DNA from: Acidimicrobiia bacterium
GTDB taxonomy: Bacteria > Actinomycetota > Acidimicrobiia > Spongiisociales > UBA11373
Length of the DNA: 59,745 nt
Assembly: GCA_036478235.1 (NCBI GenBank)
Contig: JAZGDZ010000095.1
Location: forward strand, 1-59,745
Direction of reading: 5' to 3'
The notes under the pieces were generated by a model. That model saw only the letters and a list, made by a program, of their open reading frames with translations, was not told the DNA's origin and did not search any database. Numbering within the stretch: the stretch's first letter is position 1; each line of letters opens with the position of its first letter. Made by a program: the position numbers and the translations under genes. Of this stretch, positions 50,304-59,745 are shown piece by piece.

Positions 50304-50426
50304 CAGATCTCAGATTTCAGACTTCGGATCTCAGATAGCAGATCGGACACCATCTCGATGTCTGATGTCTGATGTCTGATGTCTGATGTCTGATGTCTGA
50401 TGTCTGATGTCTGATGTCTGATGTCT
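50304..50426. repeat. Inverted heptamer array (TCAGAYY)n...(GATGTCT)10
   Basis: Degenerate TCAGA units 50304-50348; ten perfect GATGTCT units 50357-50426. Confidence 0.92.
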
Positions 50427-50451
50427 ACGCGCTGGAGACAGGGCCCCTCGG

Positions 50452-50457
50452 TATACT
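50452..50457 (+). promoter_or_regulatory. Putative internal -10 box for the permease genes
   Basis: TATACT followed by GGAGGAGG and ATG 50490. Confidence 0.5.
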
Positions 50458-50489
50458 CCCGGCACGGCGAGGGAGGAGGTCGGCCGGGG

Positions 50490-51491
50490 ATGCTCCAATA
50501 CGTGGTCAGAAGGCTGGTCTACGGGCTGATCACGCTCCTGGCGCTGTCGATCATCACGTTCACCCTGTTGCAGAACACCGGCGGCGACCCCCTTGACCGA
50601 ATCAAGGCGAATCCCCGCATCCCCCAGGAGACTGTGCAGCAGATGGCCGAGTTCTACGGCCTCGACCAGCCCGCCCCCAAGCAGTACCTCACCTGGGCCA
50701 GCAACTTCGTCCAGTTCTGGAACTACCCGACGGCATGGGGACGCTCCTTCCAGGGCCCGCAGCAGGTGCAGGAGCTGGTGATCAACCGCCTCGGGGGCAC
50801 CGCCCGCTTGATGTTCACCGCCCTCGGCTTGGCCGTCATGATCGGTATTCCCTTAGGGATCTACCAGGCGATCAAGCAGTACTCGTTCCTCGACCAGGCG
50901 ACGACCACCTTTTCGTTCGTCACGTTCTCCACCCCGATCTTCGTCATAGGCATCGGCCTCCAGATAATCCTGGCCTTAAAGCTGGAGCAGTGGACCGGAG
51001 TCAAGTTGTTCTACACCTCCGGGATGAACAGCACGAATTACGGGGACCTCAGCTTCGGGGCCCGGATCGGGGACACGTTGCAACACCTGTTCCTCCCTGC
51101 AATCTCGATCGCCCTGATCTCGATCGCCACCTACTCCAGGTACCAGCGGGCATCGATGCTCGAGGTCCTGCACAGCGACTACCTGCGCACGGCCAAGGCC
51201 AAGGGCCTGTCGCAGCGCAACGTGATCGTCAAGCACGCCCTGCGCAACGCCCTGATCCCGGTCATCACCCTGATCTCGCTCGACATCGCCGGCATCCTGG
51301 GCGGAGCGGTGATCACCGAAACGATCTTCGGCTGGCCGGGGATGGGGCGGCTCTACATCCAGGCGATCGGGATCAACGACTGGCCGATCGTCATGGCGGT
51401 GGTGATGCTGATCGGCTTCATGGTCGTCGTGATGAACCTGCTCGCCGACCTGGCCTATGGCTGGCTCGACCCCCGGGTGCGCTATGACTGA
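50490..51491 (+). CDS. Peptide ABC transporter permease, OppB/DppB-like
   Basis: YVVRRL, DYLRTAKAKGL, HALRNALIP, TETIFGWPGMG, DPRVRY. Confidence 0.93.
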   Translation: MLQYVVRRLVYGLITLLALSIITFTLLQNTGGDPLDRIKANPRIPQETVQQMAEFYGLDQPAPKQYLTWASNFVQFWNYPTAWGRSFQGPQQVQELVINRLGGTARLMFTALGLAVMIGIPLGIYQAIKQYSFLDQATTTFSFVTFSTPIFVIGIGLQIILALKLEQWTGVKLFYTSGMNSTNYGDLSFGARIGDTLQHLFLPAISIALISIATYSRYQRASMLEVLHSDYLRTAKAKGLSQRNVIVKHALRNALIPVITLISLDIAGILGGAVITETIFGWPGMGRLYIQAIGINDWPIVMAVVMLIGFMVVVMNLLADLAYGWLDPRVRYD

Positions 51492-52455
51492 CCGCCCCGG
51501 ACCGGCGGCCGACAAGACCCCTTCACAGCTGGCGATGGACGAGGCCGAAGGGCTGGCCGTTGAGCCGGTCACCCAGTGGCACCTCTTCAAGGCCAGGTTC
51601 ACCAGGCACCGCCTGGCGATGCTCTCGGCGGCGGTCCTCGGTGTGATCGTGCTGCTGGCGGTGTTCGCCGACCTGCTTCCGCTGCACAACCCCACCGAGC
51701 AGCTGGAGGACGAAACCGGCCGCATCGTCAACCTCTTCTCTCCGCGCGCCGACTACCCGTTCGGCACGGACCAGATCGGCCAGGACGTGCTGGCTCGGGT
51801 CATCTACGGCGGGCGCACCAGCCTCACGGTGGCCGGCCTCACCGGGCTGATGGTGGCCAGCTTCGGCACCCTGGTCGGCTCGATCGCCGGCTACTACGGC
51901 GGTTGGGTGGACACCTTGCTGATGCGCATCACCGATCTGATCCTGAGCCTGCCGCTGCTGCCGGTGGCGATCGTCGCCGCCGCCTGGCTGCGGGAGGCGT
52001 TCGAAGGCCGGGAGGCGCTGAGCCTGGCCATCCTCTTGGGGACCCTGCTGTGGGGGACGCTGGCGCGCATCGTGCGCGCCGAGTTCCTCTCCCTGAGGGA
52101 GAAGGAGTTCGTCGAGGCCGCTCGGGCGGCCGGGGCCAGGGACCGCCGCATCATCTTTCGGCACATCCTTCCCAACGCGATGAGTCCGATCATCGTGAAC
52201 GCCACGCTGGTCATCGGCATTGCCATCATCCTGGAGGCAGCGCTGTCGTTTCTCGGCTTCGGGGTGCGGCCCCCCACGCCGGCCTGGGGGCAGATGGCGG
52301 CGAACGGTGGGAGGCTCGCCGTCGGTGGCTCCGGGGCATGGTGGCTGGTTCTCTTCCCCTCGGTCGCGCTGATCACCACCGTCCTCTCGGTCAACTTCCT
52401 GGGCGACGGCTTGCGGGACGCCCTCGACCCGACCCAGACCATCGAGCGGAAGTAG
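51484..52455 (+). CDS. Peptide ABC transporter permease, OppC/DppC-like
   Basis: FGTDQIGQD, EFVEAARAAG, HILPN, GDGLRDALDP. Confidence 0.93.
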   Translation: MTDRPGPAADKTPSQLAMDEAEGLAVEPVTQWHLFKARFTRHRLAMLSAAVLGVIVLLAVFADLLPLHNPTEQLEDETGRIVNLFSPRADYPFGTDQIGQDVLARVIYGGRTSLTVAGLTGLMVASFGTLVGSIAGYYGGWVDTLLMRITDLILSLPLLPVAIVAAAWLREAFEGREALSLAILLGTLLWGTLARIVRAEFLSLREKEFVEAARAAGARDRRIIFRHILPNAMSPIIVNATLVIGIAIILEAALSFLGFGVRPPTPAWGQMAANGGRLAVGGSGAWWLVLFPSVALITTVLSVNFLGDGLRDALDPTQTIERK

Positions 52456-52466
52456 GCTGGCGCCCC

Positions 52467-53480
52467 GTGTCGGATCCACTTCTCGAGGTCAGCAATCTGC
52501 GCACGTACTTTTCGACCGAAGAAGGGATCGTGCGCGCCGTGGACGGGCTCAGCTTCACCATCCACAAGGGCGAGAAGTTCGGAGTGGTGGGGGAGTCCGG
52601 CTGTGGGAAGTCGGTTACCGCGCTGTCGGTGATGCGCCTCATCGAAGCCCCGGCGGGCGAGATCGTGACCGGGGAGATCCTCTTCAAGGGAGAGAACCTG
52701 CTCAACGTGAGCGATGAAGAGATGCGCAAGGTCCGGGGCGGACAGATCGCGATGATCTTCCAGGACCCGATGACGGCGCTCAACCCGGTCTACACCGTCG
52801 GGAACCAGCTCATTGAGACGGTGATGCTCCACCAGAGGGTGGGGAAGTCGGAGGCGTTCGACATCAGCGTGCAGGCGCTCGACGACGTCCATATCCCCAA
52901 CCCGCAGGAGCGGATGGAGGACTACCCGCACCAGCTCTCGGGGGGTATGAGGCAGAGGGTGATGATCGCCATGGGGCTGTCGTGCGACCCCGACCTACTC
53001 ATTGCCGACGAGCCGACAACCGCCCTCGACGTGACCACACAGGCGCAGATCCTCGACCTGATGCTCTCGCTCACCGAGGAGCGGGACACCGCGGTGATGC
53101 TCATCACCCACGACCTCGGCGTGGTGGCCGGCTTCTGCGACATGATCCAGGTGATGTACGCCGGGAGGATGGCCGAGCGAGGCACCACGAACTTCATCTT
53201 CGACGAGACGTATCACCCATACACGGCGGGCCTGCTCGGCTCGATGACCAGGCTCGACGAGGTGCGTGAGGAGCGCCTCTACTCGATCCGGGGGGCGCCC
53301 CCGTCGCTGATCGATCCTCCCGGGGGGTGCCGGTTCCGGGCGCGGTGCGACTTCGCCCAGGAGGTGTGCCGCAGCGACACCCCGCTGCCCCGTGAGCTGA
53401 GCGAAGGCCATTGGGCCGCCTGCCACTTCTCGCCCGATCTCGATCTGGCGCGTATGAGAGCGGAGGAGCCGGTCGGATGA
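52467..53480 (+). CDS. Peptide ABC transporter ATPase, OppD/DppD-like
   Basis: [30 protein letters not shown]-terminal Cys cluster. Confidence 0.94.
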   Translation: MSDPLLEVSNLRTYFSTEEGIVRAVDGLSFTIHKGEKFGVVGESGCGKSVTALSVMRLIEAPAGEIVTGEILFKGENLLNVSDEEMRKVRGGQIAMIFQDPMTALNPVYTVGNQLIETVMLHQRVGKSEAFDISVQALDDVHIPNPQERMEDYPHQLSGGMRQRVMIAMGLSCDPDLLIADEPTTALDVTTQAQILDLMLSLTEERDTAVMLITHDLGVVAGFCDMIQVMYAGRMAERGTTNFIFDETYHPYTAGLLGSMTRLDEVREERLYSIRGAPPSLIDPPGGCRFRARCDFAQEVCRSDTPLPRELSEGHWAACHFSPDLDLARMRAEEPVG

Positions 53481-54556
53481 CGCAGGAGACCACGACGCCG
53501 GGCGCGGCAGCCACCGTGGAGATGGCGCCGGAGCGTCTGCTTCAGGTGGAGAACCTGGTCAAGAACTTCCCGATCACCAAGGGGATCTTCTTCCGCAGGC
53601 AGATTGCCGCGGTCCAGGCGGTCTCCGACATCTCTTTCCACATCGACAAGGGAGAGACGCTCGGCTTGGTGGGGGAGTCGGGTTGTGGCAAGTCGACGAC
53701 CGCTCGATGCATATTGAGACTCCTCGAGCCGACATCGGGCAAGGTGCTGTACCGGGCCGAGTCGGAAGGTGACTCCTCGATGCCGGCGGAGATCATCGAC
53801 ATCGCCTCGGCCGACAAACACCAGCTGCGGCGGCTTCGGCGCGAAGTGCAGATCGTCTTCCAGGACCCATATGCGTCACTGAATCCCCGCATGACCGTCG
53901 CCACCATCGTTGCCGAGCCGCTGCTGGTGCACGGGATAGGCGACACCGCGGACCGTATGGAGCGGGTGAAGGAGCTGCTCAAGGTCGTCGGGCTGAATCC
54001 GGAGCACACCAACCGGTACCCCCACGAGTTCTCCGGCGGCCAGCGTCAGCGCATCGGCGTTGCCCGGGCGCTCGCCCTCAACCCGTCGTTCATGGTCCTC
54101 GACGAGCCGGTCTCGGCCCTCGACGTGTCCATCCAGGCCCAAGTGCTCAACCTGATGGGAGACCTCCAGGAGGAATTCGGCCTCACCTACCTGTTCATCG
54201 CCCACGACCTCTCGGTGGTAAGGCACGTGTGCGACCGTGTGGCGGTGATGTACCTGGGGAAGATGGCAGAGGTGGCCGACCGCGACACGCTGTACAAGCG
54301 GCCGATGCACCCCTACACGCACGCCCTGATGTCGGCGGTGCCGATCCCCGACCCCACCGTCGAAAGGGAGCGGCACCGCATCATCCTCGAGGGCGACATC
54401 CCGTCGCCGATCAACCCGCCCCCCGGCTGTCGGTTCAACACTCGCTGCCCCCGAGCCGAGTTCCCCAGGTGCTCGGAGGAGGTGCCTGAGCTGCGCCAGG
54501 TCGAGCCCGACCACTGGGTGGCCTGCCACTTCCCGGAGGTCAAGCAGGTCCTCTGA
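53477..54556 (+). CDS. Peptide ABC transporter ATPase, OppF/DppF-like
   Basis: [37 protein letters not shown]. Confidence 0.94.
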   Translation: MTQETTTPGAAATVEMAPERLLQVENLVKNFPITKGIFFRRQIAAVQAVSDISFHIDKGETLGLVGESGCGKSTTARCILRLLEPTSGKVLYRAESEGDSSMPAEIIDIASADKHQLRRLRREVQIVFQDPYASLNPRMTVATIVAEPLLVHGIGDTADRMERVKELLKVVGLNPEHTNRYPHEFSGGQRQRIGVARALALNPSFMVLDEPVSALDVSIQAQVLNLMGDLQEEFGLTYLFIAHDLSVVRHVCDRVAVMYLGKMAEVADRDTLYKRPMHPYTHALMSAVPIPDPTVERERHRIILEGDIPSPINPPPGCRFNTRCPRAEFPRCSEEVPELRQVEPDHWVACHFPEVKQVL

Positions 54557-54600
54557 CCCGGCGGAGAGTCGACATAACCAGACGTATACTCGGGCGCCAC

Positions 54601-54688
<88 letters not shown>

Positions 54689-54963
54689 CTGCACCCCATG
54701 CCTCAGATATGCACCGAGATGCTCAGAGGCCCGAAACGACGGGACTCTCGGACCCCGGCTCGGTGTCAGACACTCCGCCTGGTCCCGTTGCACCGAGTTG
54801 CACCGCATGTACGCCCGTAGACCCCTGTGGACGGGGTTCCGGGCACCTCGCCCGGCATCCAGCATGTCTTGCCGGTGCTGGAGAGGTCGACTTCCCGTAC
54901 GTCCGGTTCCGATGAGGTGACGCTGGCACGAGACCTCTCGGTACCATCAAAACCTGGTGATAG

Positions 54964-55851
54964 ATGTCTGGTGCTCAACTAAGGACTACGCGAGTTGGCA
55001 GTCCAGCCGAGAGGCTGGCTGAGTACTTCCTGAGCGGGATCGCATTCACCACCCCGGTTCCCCGACAAGAAGACGTAGGACACGATTTCTACTGCGTCTT
55101 AACGCGTCGTCCCGAGGAAGGTTTGATGGTTCTCGCCGGACCATCGTTCACAGTTCAGGTCAAGAGCCGTCATCAGAAGATCCGCTACGAGAGCGACGCG
55201 GCCACAACCTGGCTCGCGAATCAGGAGAATCCCTTCTTCGTGTGTTTCGCAGATCCGCGGAAGTCGAGCGTGAACCTCTACTCGACATGCGCGTTGGTCC
55301 CAGGTCTGCTGCAGTACGGGAGGCGCGTGACGGTCCTGGAGCCCGATGTCCCCAGTTCTCGAGAGAACATCCACAAGGATGATGATGACATCCTTCACAT
55401 TCCGCTTGGACCGCCCGTTCTGAGCCTGACCATGGATGATGTGCGTGAGGAGAGCGACCTCGCTCGATGGGCGGAGATTCTCGAGCCCTGGATCGAGATC
55501 GATCGTCAGAACATCGTCAACCGTCGAGCCAAGATTCATTGGGTGCATAGGCCCATTCGTCATACAACCAACCAGGCATTGGACCCAGGGTCACTCGGTG
55601 TGGGCTTCTACTGGAACGCGAAGAACCTTGCCACCTCAGGCACCAATCTTCTGAGAGCGGCCACCCTTCTTAGGCTTGAAATCGCCCAGCTTGATGACCT
55701 CGAAGAGGAAGCGGATTTTGCGAGTGGCGAGCAGCGAGACGCGTTGAACGCCATCCTCGACGCTTTCTGGCCGGTGCTCGGCCCCACCGCCCGGGAGAAC
55801 ATCCGACGTGCGGTGCCGGGACACGACTGGCCAGGAACGCCGCGCCCGTAG
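54964..55851 (+). CDS. PD-(D/E)xK restriction-endonuclease-like protein, DUF4365-like N terminus
   Basis: GSPAE, RQEDVGHDF and FTVQVKS give the E-D-QxK pattern. Confidence 0.68.
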   Translation: MSGAQLRTTRVGSPAERLAEYFLSGIAFTTPVPRQEDVGHDFYCVLTRRPEEGLMVLAGPSFTVQVKSRHQKIRYESDAATTWLANQENPFFVCFADPRKSSVNLYSTCALVPGLLQYGRRVTVLEPDVPSSRENIHKDDDDILHIPLGPPVLSLTMDDVREESDLARWAEILEPWIEIDRQNIVNRRAKIHWVHRPIRHTTNQALDPGSLGVGFYWNAKNLATSGTNLLRAATLLRLEIAQLDDLEEEADFASGEQRDALNAILDAFWPVLGPTARENIRRAVPGHDWPGTPRP

Positions 55852-55914
55852 CTGCGGAGAAAGGGAGGCTCGGTCGTGGAGGTTGTGCGCGCGGCCAGCG
55901 GTAGCCTTCGCGCG

Positions 55915-56523
55915 ATGACGGGAAGAGCCAGGGTGCCGAACACGCTGAACGGCCGGCTGGACCGCATCTACGCAGCCATCGGTGCGACTCGAACGGATGA
56001 TCTGAGCAAGGTTGTGCCGACCTTCAGTGCTGGCGGTGGGTTTTGAGAGGTGAAGGTGGACTTCACCAAGGCCTTCTCGCAGGCTGAGATTGAGAACATG
56101 CTCGCTTCACTCATAGGAAACATCGCATCAATGCGCGATCACGCGCGCCGCGCGTTCAAGGGCGCCGGAATCGATCCCGACGAGGTCGACGCGATTGCGG
56201 GCGAGGCGTCGAACGCCATTGTTCAAGACCTCTTCGACCGGGAGAAGCACGGGGGCATATCAAGGTCTGGGGATTACTCGGGCCGGAATCCAGAGCTGCG
56301 CAATCAGGTCTCGTTCCTCAGGATGAGCGGCGGCGGGGTAGTCATTGGCCCAGAACTCCAAAAGGTAGGAGACGGATCCGCTCAGATCGCAGTCGACGCT
56401 GACGTCATCGACGCGGATGGCAAGAGAATCGGAGAGCTCACAGCCATCTGTGAGGCTGCGATTACGGCTTGGGAGGAGGGCCTGGCACGGCTCGGATTCG
56501 ATCTTTCATTCGCCGCCGATTGA
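55915..56523 (+). pseudogene. Hypothetical helical protein, possibly HEPN-like, with one in-frame TGA
   Basis: ATG 55915 (TAGCCT 7 nt upstream) is in frame with ORF 56050-56523; TGA at 56044-56046; IVQDLFDREKHG motif. Confidence 0.55.
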
Positions 56524-56669
56524 CCACCGACGAGGGACGACACTCGATCGCGACCAGCAGGCCGAGCCCTCCTCTGCTCTGGGGACATTCCCGCACGGTG
56601 GCCGGATGCCAGCGTCCTGATACCTGCATGCAATCATTCGGCCATGAACGCGACTCGTTTGCGAAGCCA

Positions 56670-57430
56670 ATGAGCGTCTGGCCCGAAGGGTGCATTTTCC
56701 CGGTGGTCGCCGGGAAAACCGAAACGGACGGCGAACCCTGGCAAACCCAAGCTGTTGTCGGCACAGCCTTTGCCGTTGGGATCGTGTTGTCACTTGCTGG
56801 CATGTCTTGAAGGGGGCCGTCGAAGCTGGCCTGGAAGTGGGCTTGACGATCGATGACGAAGGCGGGACAACTCGGTTCGTACCTGTTGCCTTCGAAAGAT
56901 CCTCAGATGGACACGATCTGGCGATAGGTGAACTGTCTTGGGCCCCAGAACCCCAGTTCACTCTCAGCGGAGACCTCAATGAGGGTCTTGATGTGTACTC
57001 GTACGGGTACCCGCTCACGCAGATAGGCCGGGACCCCGACGGCGAGCGCCGCTTCAAGCTCGGACTGAGACTTTTCAAAGGTTACGTAGTGAGCGCATCT
57101 TTCCTGGACTTCCCTGGGTACCCGGAGGCATCGGGTCTTGAGTTGGACATGCCAGCTCCCGGAGGCATGAGCGGGGCGCCGTTGCTCCGCGACACTCCTG
57201 GCTCAGGAGGATCACGGGAGGTTGTCGGTGTCATCCAGGGGACCAGACGGGTCGACATTGACGGATCAAGAGGATGTAAGGCTTGGCCTCGCCTATGGCG
57301 TCGACCCGGTTGCTTCACTAATTGCGAATGGGTGAACCTGGGGACCTCTGCCTCTGATGACATTATGAGCAGTGGGGGATGCCAGTGCGTAGTCATCACC
57401 CCATCTGGGCAGGTCCACGAAGACGGGTGA
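56670..57430 (+). pseudogene. Trypsin-like serine protease, frameshifted
   Basis: GTAFAVG in one frame; VTCWHV (His), HDLAI (Asp) and GGMSGAP (Ser) in another; switch at GGG 56778-56780. Confidence 0.75.
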
Positions 57431-57718
57431 GATAGACCCAGATCGCGGCATGCAGGCCGGCCGCTACGGGCGTTACCGCAGTCGTCGTTTTCCACGGGAG
57501 CCCTTCCGTTGTATCTCGGAGACACTCGAGAACCTGGCCCGGTATCCGGAGGCCGAACAGGTCACACGAAGTGACGGAAGGCCTCGGGAGAGGCTGGATT
57601 GGCGGCTCGACTCGGTCTGTCATTCGTCTGGATGCTCGGCGTCGGCCTCGGCCGGGTGACGGTCTTTCCAGGCGACTAGTCGGGGACCGGGAATTGTTGC
57701 CGACCGCGATCCGCTCAT

Positions 57719-58369
57719 CAGAACGATGCGTGGTGGATCGACGTGACCTACCCCATGCTCGAACAGCTTCGCAGGCGGCTACGCCAACTTGTCCCGCTCA
57801 TCGAGAGATCGAAGAAGTCTGTCATCTACTCCGACTTCGAAGATGACATCGGCATCGGAGTGGAAGTCGGATTCAAAGGCGTCACAGATGGCGTAAGTGT
57901 CGAATTCGCCCAGTTCCGTAAAAAGGCCCAGCACTACCTCAAGCAACACCTCGACGAACCCACCGTCGCAAAGGTTCGCAGCGGTCAGCCACTCTCGTCG
58001 AGCGACTTGGCCGAGCTCCAACGCATCCTCGAATCAGCTGGAATCGGTGGAAATGAGCTATTTGCCCTGGCAACTGAAAGCGCTGGAAACTTCGGCCTCT
58101 TTATCCGATCGCTTGTAGGCATGGATCGCGCTGCCGCCAAGCAAGCGTTCGTCGGATACCTGGACGAGCAGCGGTACAGCAAGAATCAGATCCAGTTCAT
58201 CAACGAGATCATCAACTACCTGACTGAGCACGGAGTGCTTGAGAAGGGTCGCATTTACCAGTCCCCGTTCATTGCGTTCGCGCCGACAGGACCTGATGAT
58301 CTGTTTGGCTCCGCTGACGTAGATCGGATTTTCGAAGTTCTCGACGGCTTGGTGACGGTGGCGGCCTAG
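57719..58369 (+). pseudogene. hsdR: C-terminal fragment of a type I restriction R subunit (EcoEI_R_C-like)
   Basis: WWIDVTYPMLEQLRRRLRQLV, YSDFED, FIRSLVGMDRAAAKQAF, NQIQFINEII-YLTEHG, YQSPF; no nuclease or helicase part upstream. Confidence 0.8.
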
Positions 58370-58563
58370 GTCGTGAACCCGGCCGGATGCCAGTCACGAC
58401 GTCAAGGTCACTACCCGCCTGAATCTGGCACCTCCGGTGGCACCCAACCGATCGCTCGAGAACCGAGCACACCGTGGGGACGCCACGTCTACACCGCGAC
58501 GTTCCAGGTCCTAGACCTGGAGCGCGTGGTTTCGGTCACTTCCCCGATGAGCCTCCTTGCTTA

Positions 58564-59745
58564 TCAGGCGAGAAGGTCGTCGTAGATTCGGTTGATGTGC
58601 TCGGCAATCCGCCGCCAGTCGAACTGCTGTTGGATTAGCCGGCGGGCGTGGCGCCCTCGCTGACGTCGGGAGGACTTGTCTGAGATCGACTGGATGATGG
58701 CGTCTGAGAGTTCGGTCTCACTTTCCGGTGTCACCCGCCAGCCGTTTGGCCGAGCCGGGTCGGTGTTGACGAACGATTTGGGTCCGCCCGAATCGGTCGC
58801 GATTACCGGGAGGCCGCAGGCCATGGCCTCCAGGTAGACCTGGCCGAACGGCTCGTCGACCGAGGGCGCCACGAACACGTCGGCACAGTTGAACCCAACA
58901 GCGAGATCCTCATGTCCCCGCCAGCCGGTGAAGAAGACGCCTTCGACCCCCAGCGAGGTCGCCACCGTGTGGGGATGTTCGCCTTCCCACTCACCCGGAT
59001 AACCGCCCCAGATGACCAACGGCGGTGGAGACCGTCCGAGCTCCTCCCGCGCCGTGGCGTAGGCGCGGACGAGCAGTGGAACCCGCTTGAAATCCAAGAA
59101 GCGGCCGACGAACAGCAGCACTGGAAGCAGCTCACCCGTCGCCGGGTCCAAGAAGAAACCCTCTAGGTCGTTGTCCGAGTAGCGGATCGTGCCCGGCTGG
59201 CCGCTCTCATCCCACCCTCGCGGCTCGTTCACCAGCCATTGACGCCACTGCACCACCCGTTCGCTTCCGTTCAAGCCGAGGGGTTGGAACCTGCTGACGT
59301 CGACTCCGTTCGGTACAACTTCGATTGCCGCAGGGTCCACCGCCAACAGGTCTATTGCTAACTGGCGATCGGTCGGTGAGATAACGACGAGACGATCGGC
59401 TCGAAGGCCGGCCCTCACGAGACGCTGATCCCACTCGGCCGCGTGCTTCCACCGCTCACCGCTGAGACGAATCTGGGCCAACATCTTCAACTCAGTGCCA
59501 TGTAGGTGCACAACAGAGGGCCGATCACCTAAAACTGCGACCGCATCGTTGACATGGGTCAGGTGGTGGATGTGATATAGATCCGGTGGCCCCACCCGCT
59601 CAAGCAGCGACTGCCACACCGCCACCTGACGCTGGTACGCGTCGTCGTTCAATGAGGCAAACATCCGGTCGGGCACGCTCGGTCGGTCCTCAAACGAAGG
59701 GTGGAATGGCACCGGTGCAGCCATCGGGTCCTGACCCTGTTCAAA
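58564..59745 (-). CDS. Glycosyltransferase family 4 (GT-B), open to the window edge
   Basis: VVPNGVD, LFVGRF, EPFGQVYLEAMACGLPVIAT. Confidence 0.88.
   Translation of the reverse strand, partial: FEQGQDPMAAPVPFHPSFEDRPSVPDRMFASLNDDAYQRQVAVWQSLLERVGPPDLYHIHHLTHVNDAVAVLGDRPSVVHLHGTELKMLAQIRLSGERWKHAAEWDQRLVRAGLRADRLVVISPTDRQLAIDLLAVDPAAIEVVPNGVDVSRFQPLGLNGSERVVQWRQWLVNEPRGWDESGQPGTIRYSDNDLEGFFLDPATGELLPVLLFVGRFLDFKRVPLLVRAYATAREELGRSPPPLVIWGGYPGEWEGEHPHTVATSLGVEGVFFTGWRGHEDLAVGFNCADVFVAPSVDEPFGQVYLEAMACGLPVIATDSGGPKSFVNTDPARPNGWRVTPESETELSDAIIQSISDKSSRRQRGRHARRLIQQQFDWRRIAEHINRIYDDLLA

Larger units (their letters stand above)
54689..59745. mobile_element. tRNA-anchored genomic island or remnant; right end not defined
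   Basis: Visible shift to more A/T-rich sequence after the tRNA CCA, TGCACC repeats, accessory and broken genes; no integrase in the window. Confidence 0.65.

Noticed and set aside
56044-56046. Selenocysteine recoding of the in-frame TGA
   Set aside because: No redox motif context or evident SECIS hairpin, and neighbouring genes are also broken
57280-57700. Short ORFs between the protease and the hsdR fragment
   Set aside because: No recognisable motif in the frames examined; treated as junction debris

Overview
High-GC chromosomal window. Gene order and content (polA-rpsA-coaE-uvrB, uvrC-rapZ-yvcK-pgk-tpiA-secG, four-domain S1, a BagA/BagB-like ATPase pair) suggest an actinobacterium, probably Acidimicrobiia-like; this is inference, no search was run. 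Positions 1-54688 are mostly housekeeping: pfk with a stand-alone DUF2090 aldolase, dnaE, two-domain thyX, nth, trpE and trpCFBA (no trpG/trpD), nadE, polA, rpsA, uvrABC, glycolytic genes (no whiA/gap), an Opp/Dpp ABC transporter and two tRNA-Leu genes. One intact IS481-family element lies at 24361-25770. After tRNA-Leu(GAG) a more AT-rich, decayed defence-like island begins. The most unusual signal is intergenic: (i) two MITE-like families whose ends sit on TAG/TAA stop codons; (ii) a ~78-bp structured element present three times, each time inside a different repeat, with a compensatory base-pair change; (iii) a BIME-like palindrome mosaic; (iv) four inverted heptamer arrays, one being the IS481 target and apparently supplying the nadE -10 box; (v) a MITE end embedded in frame in a csaA-like gene. 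Product calls come from motif recognition by eye.
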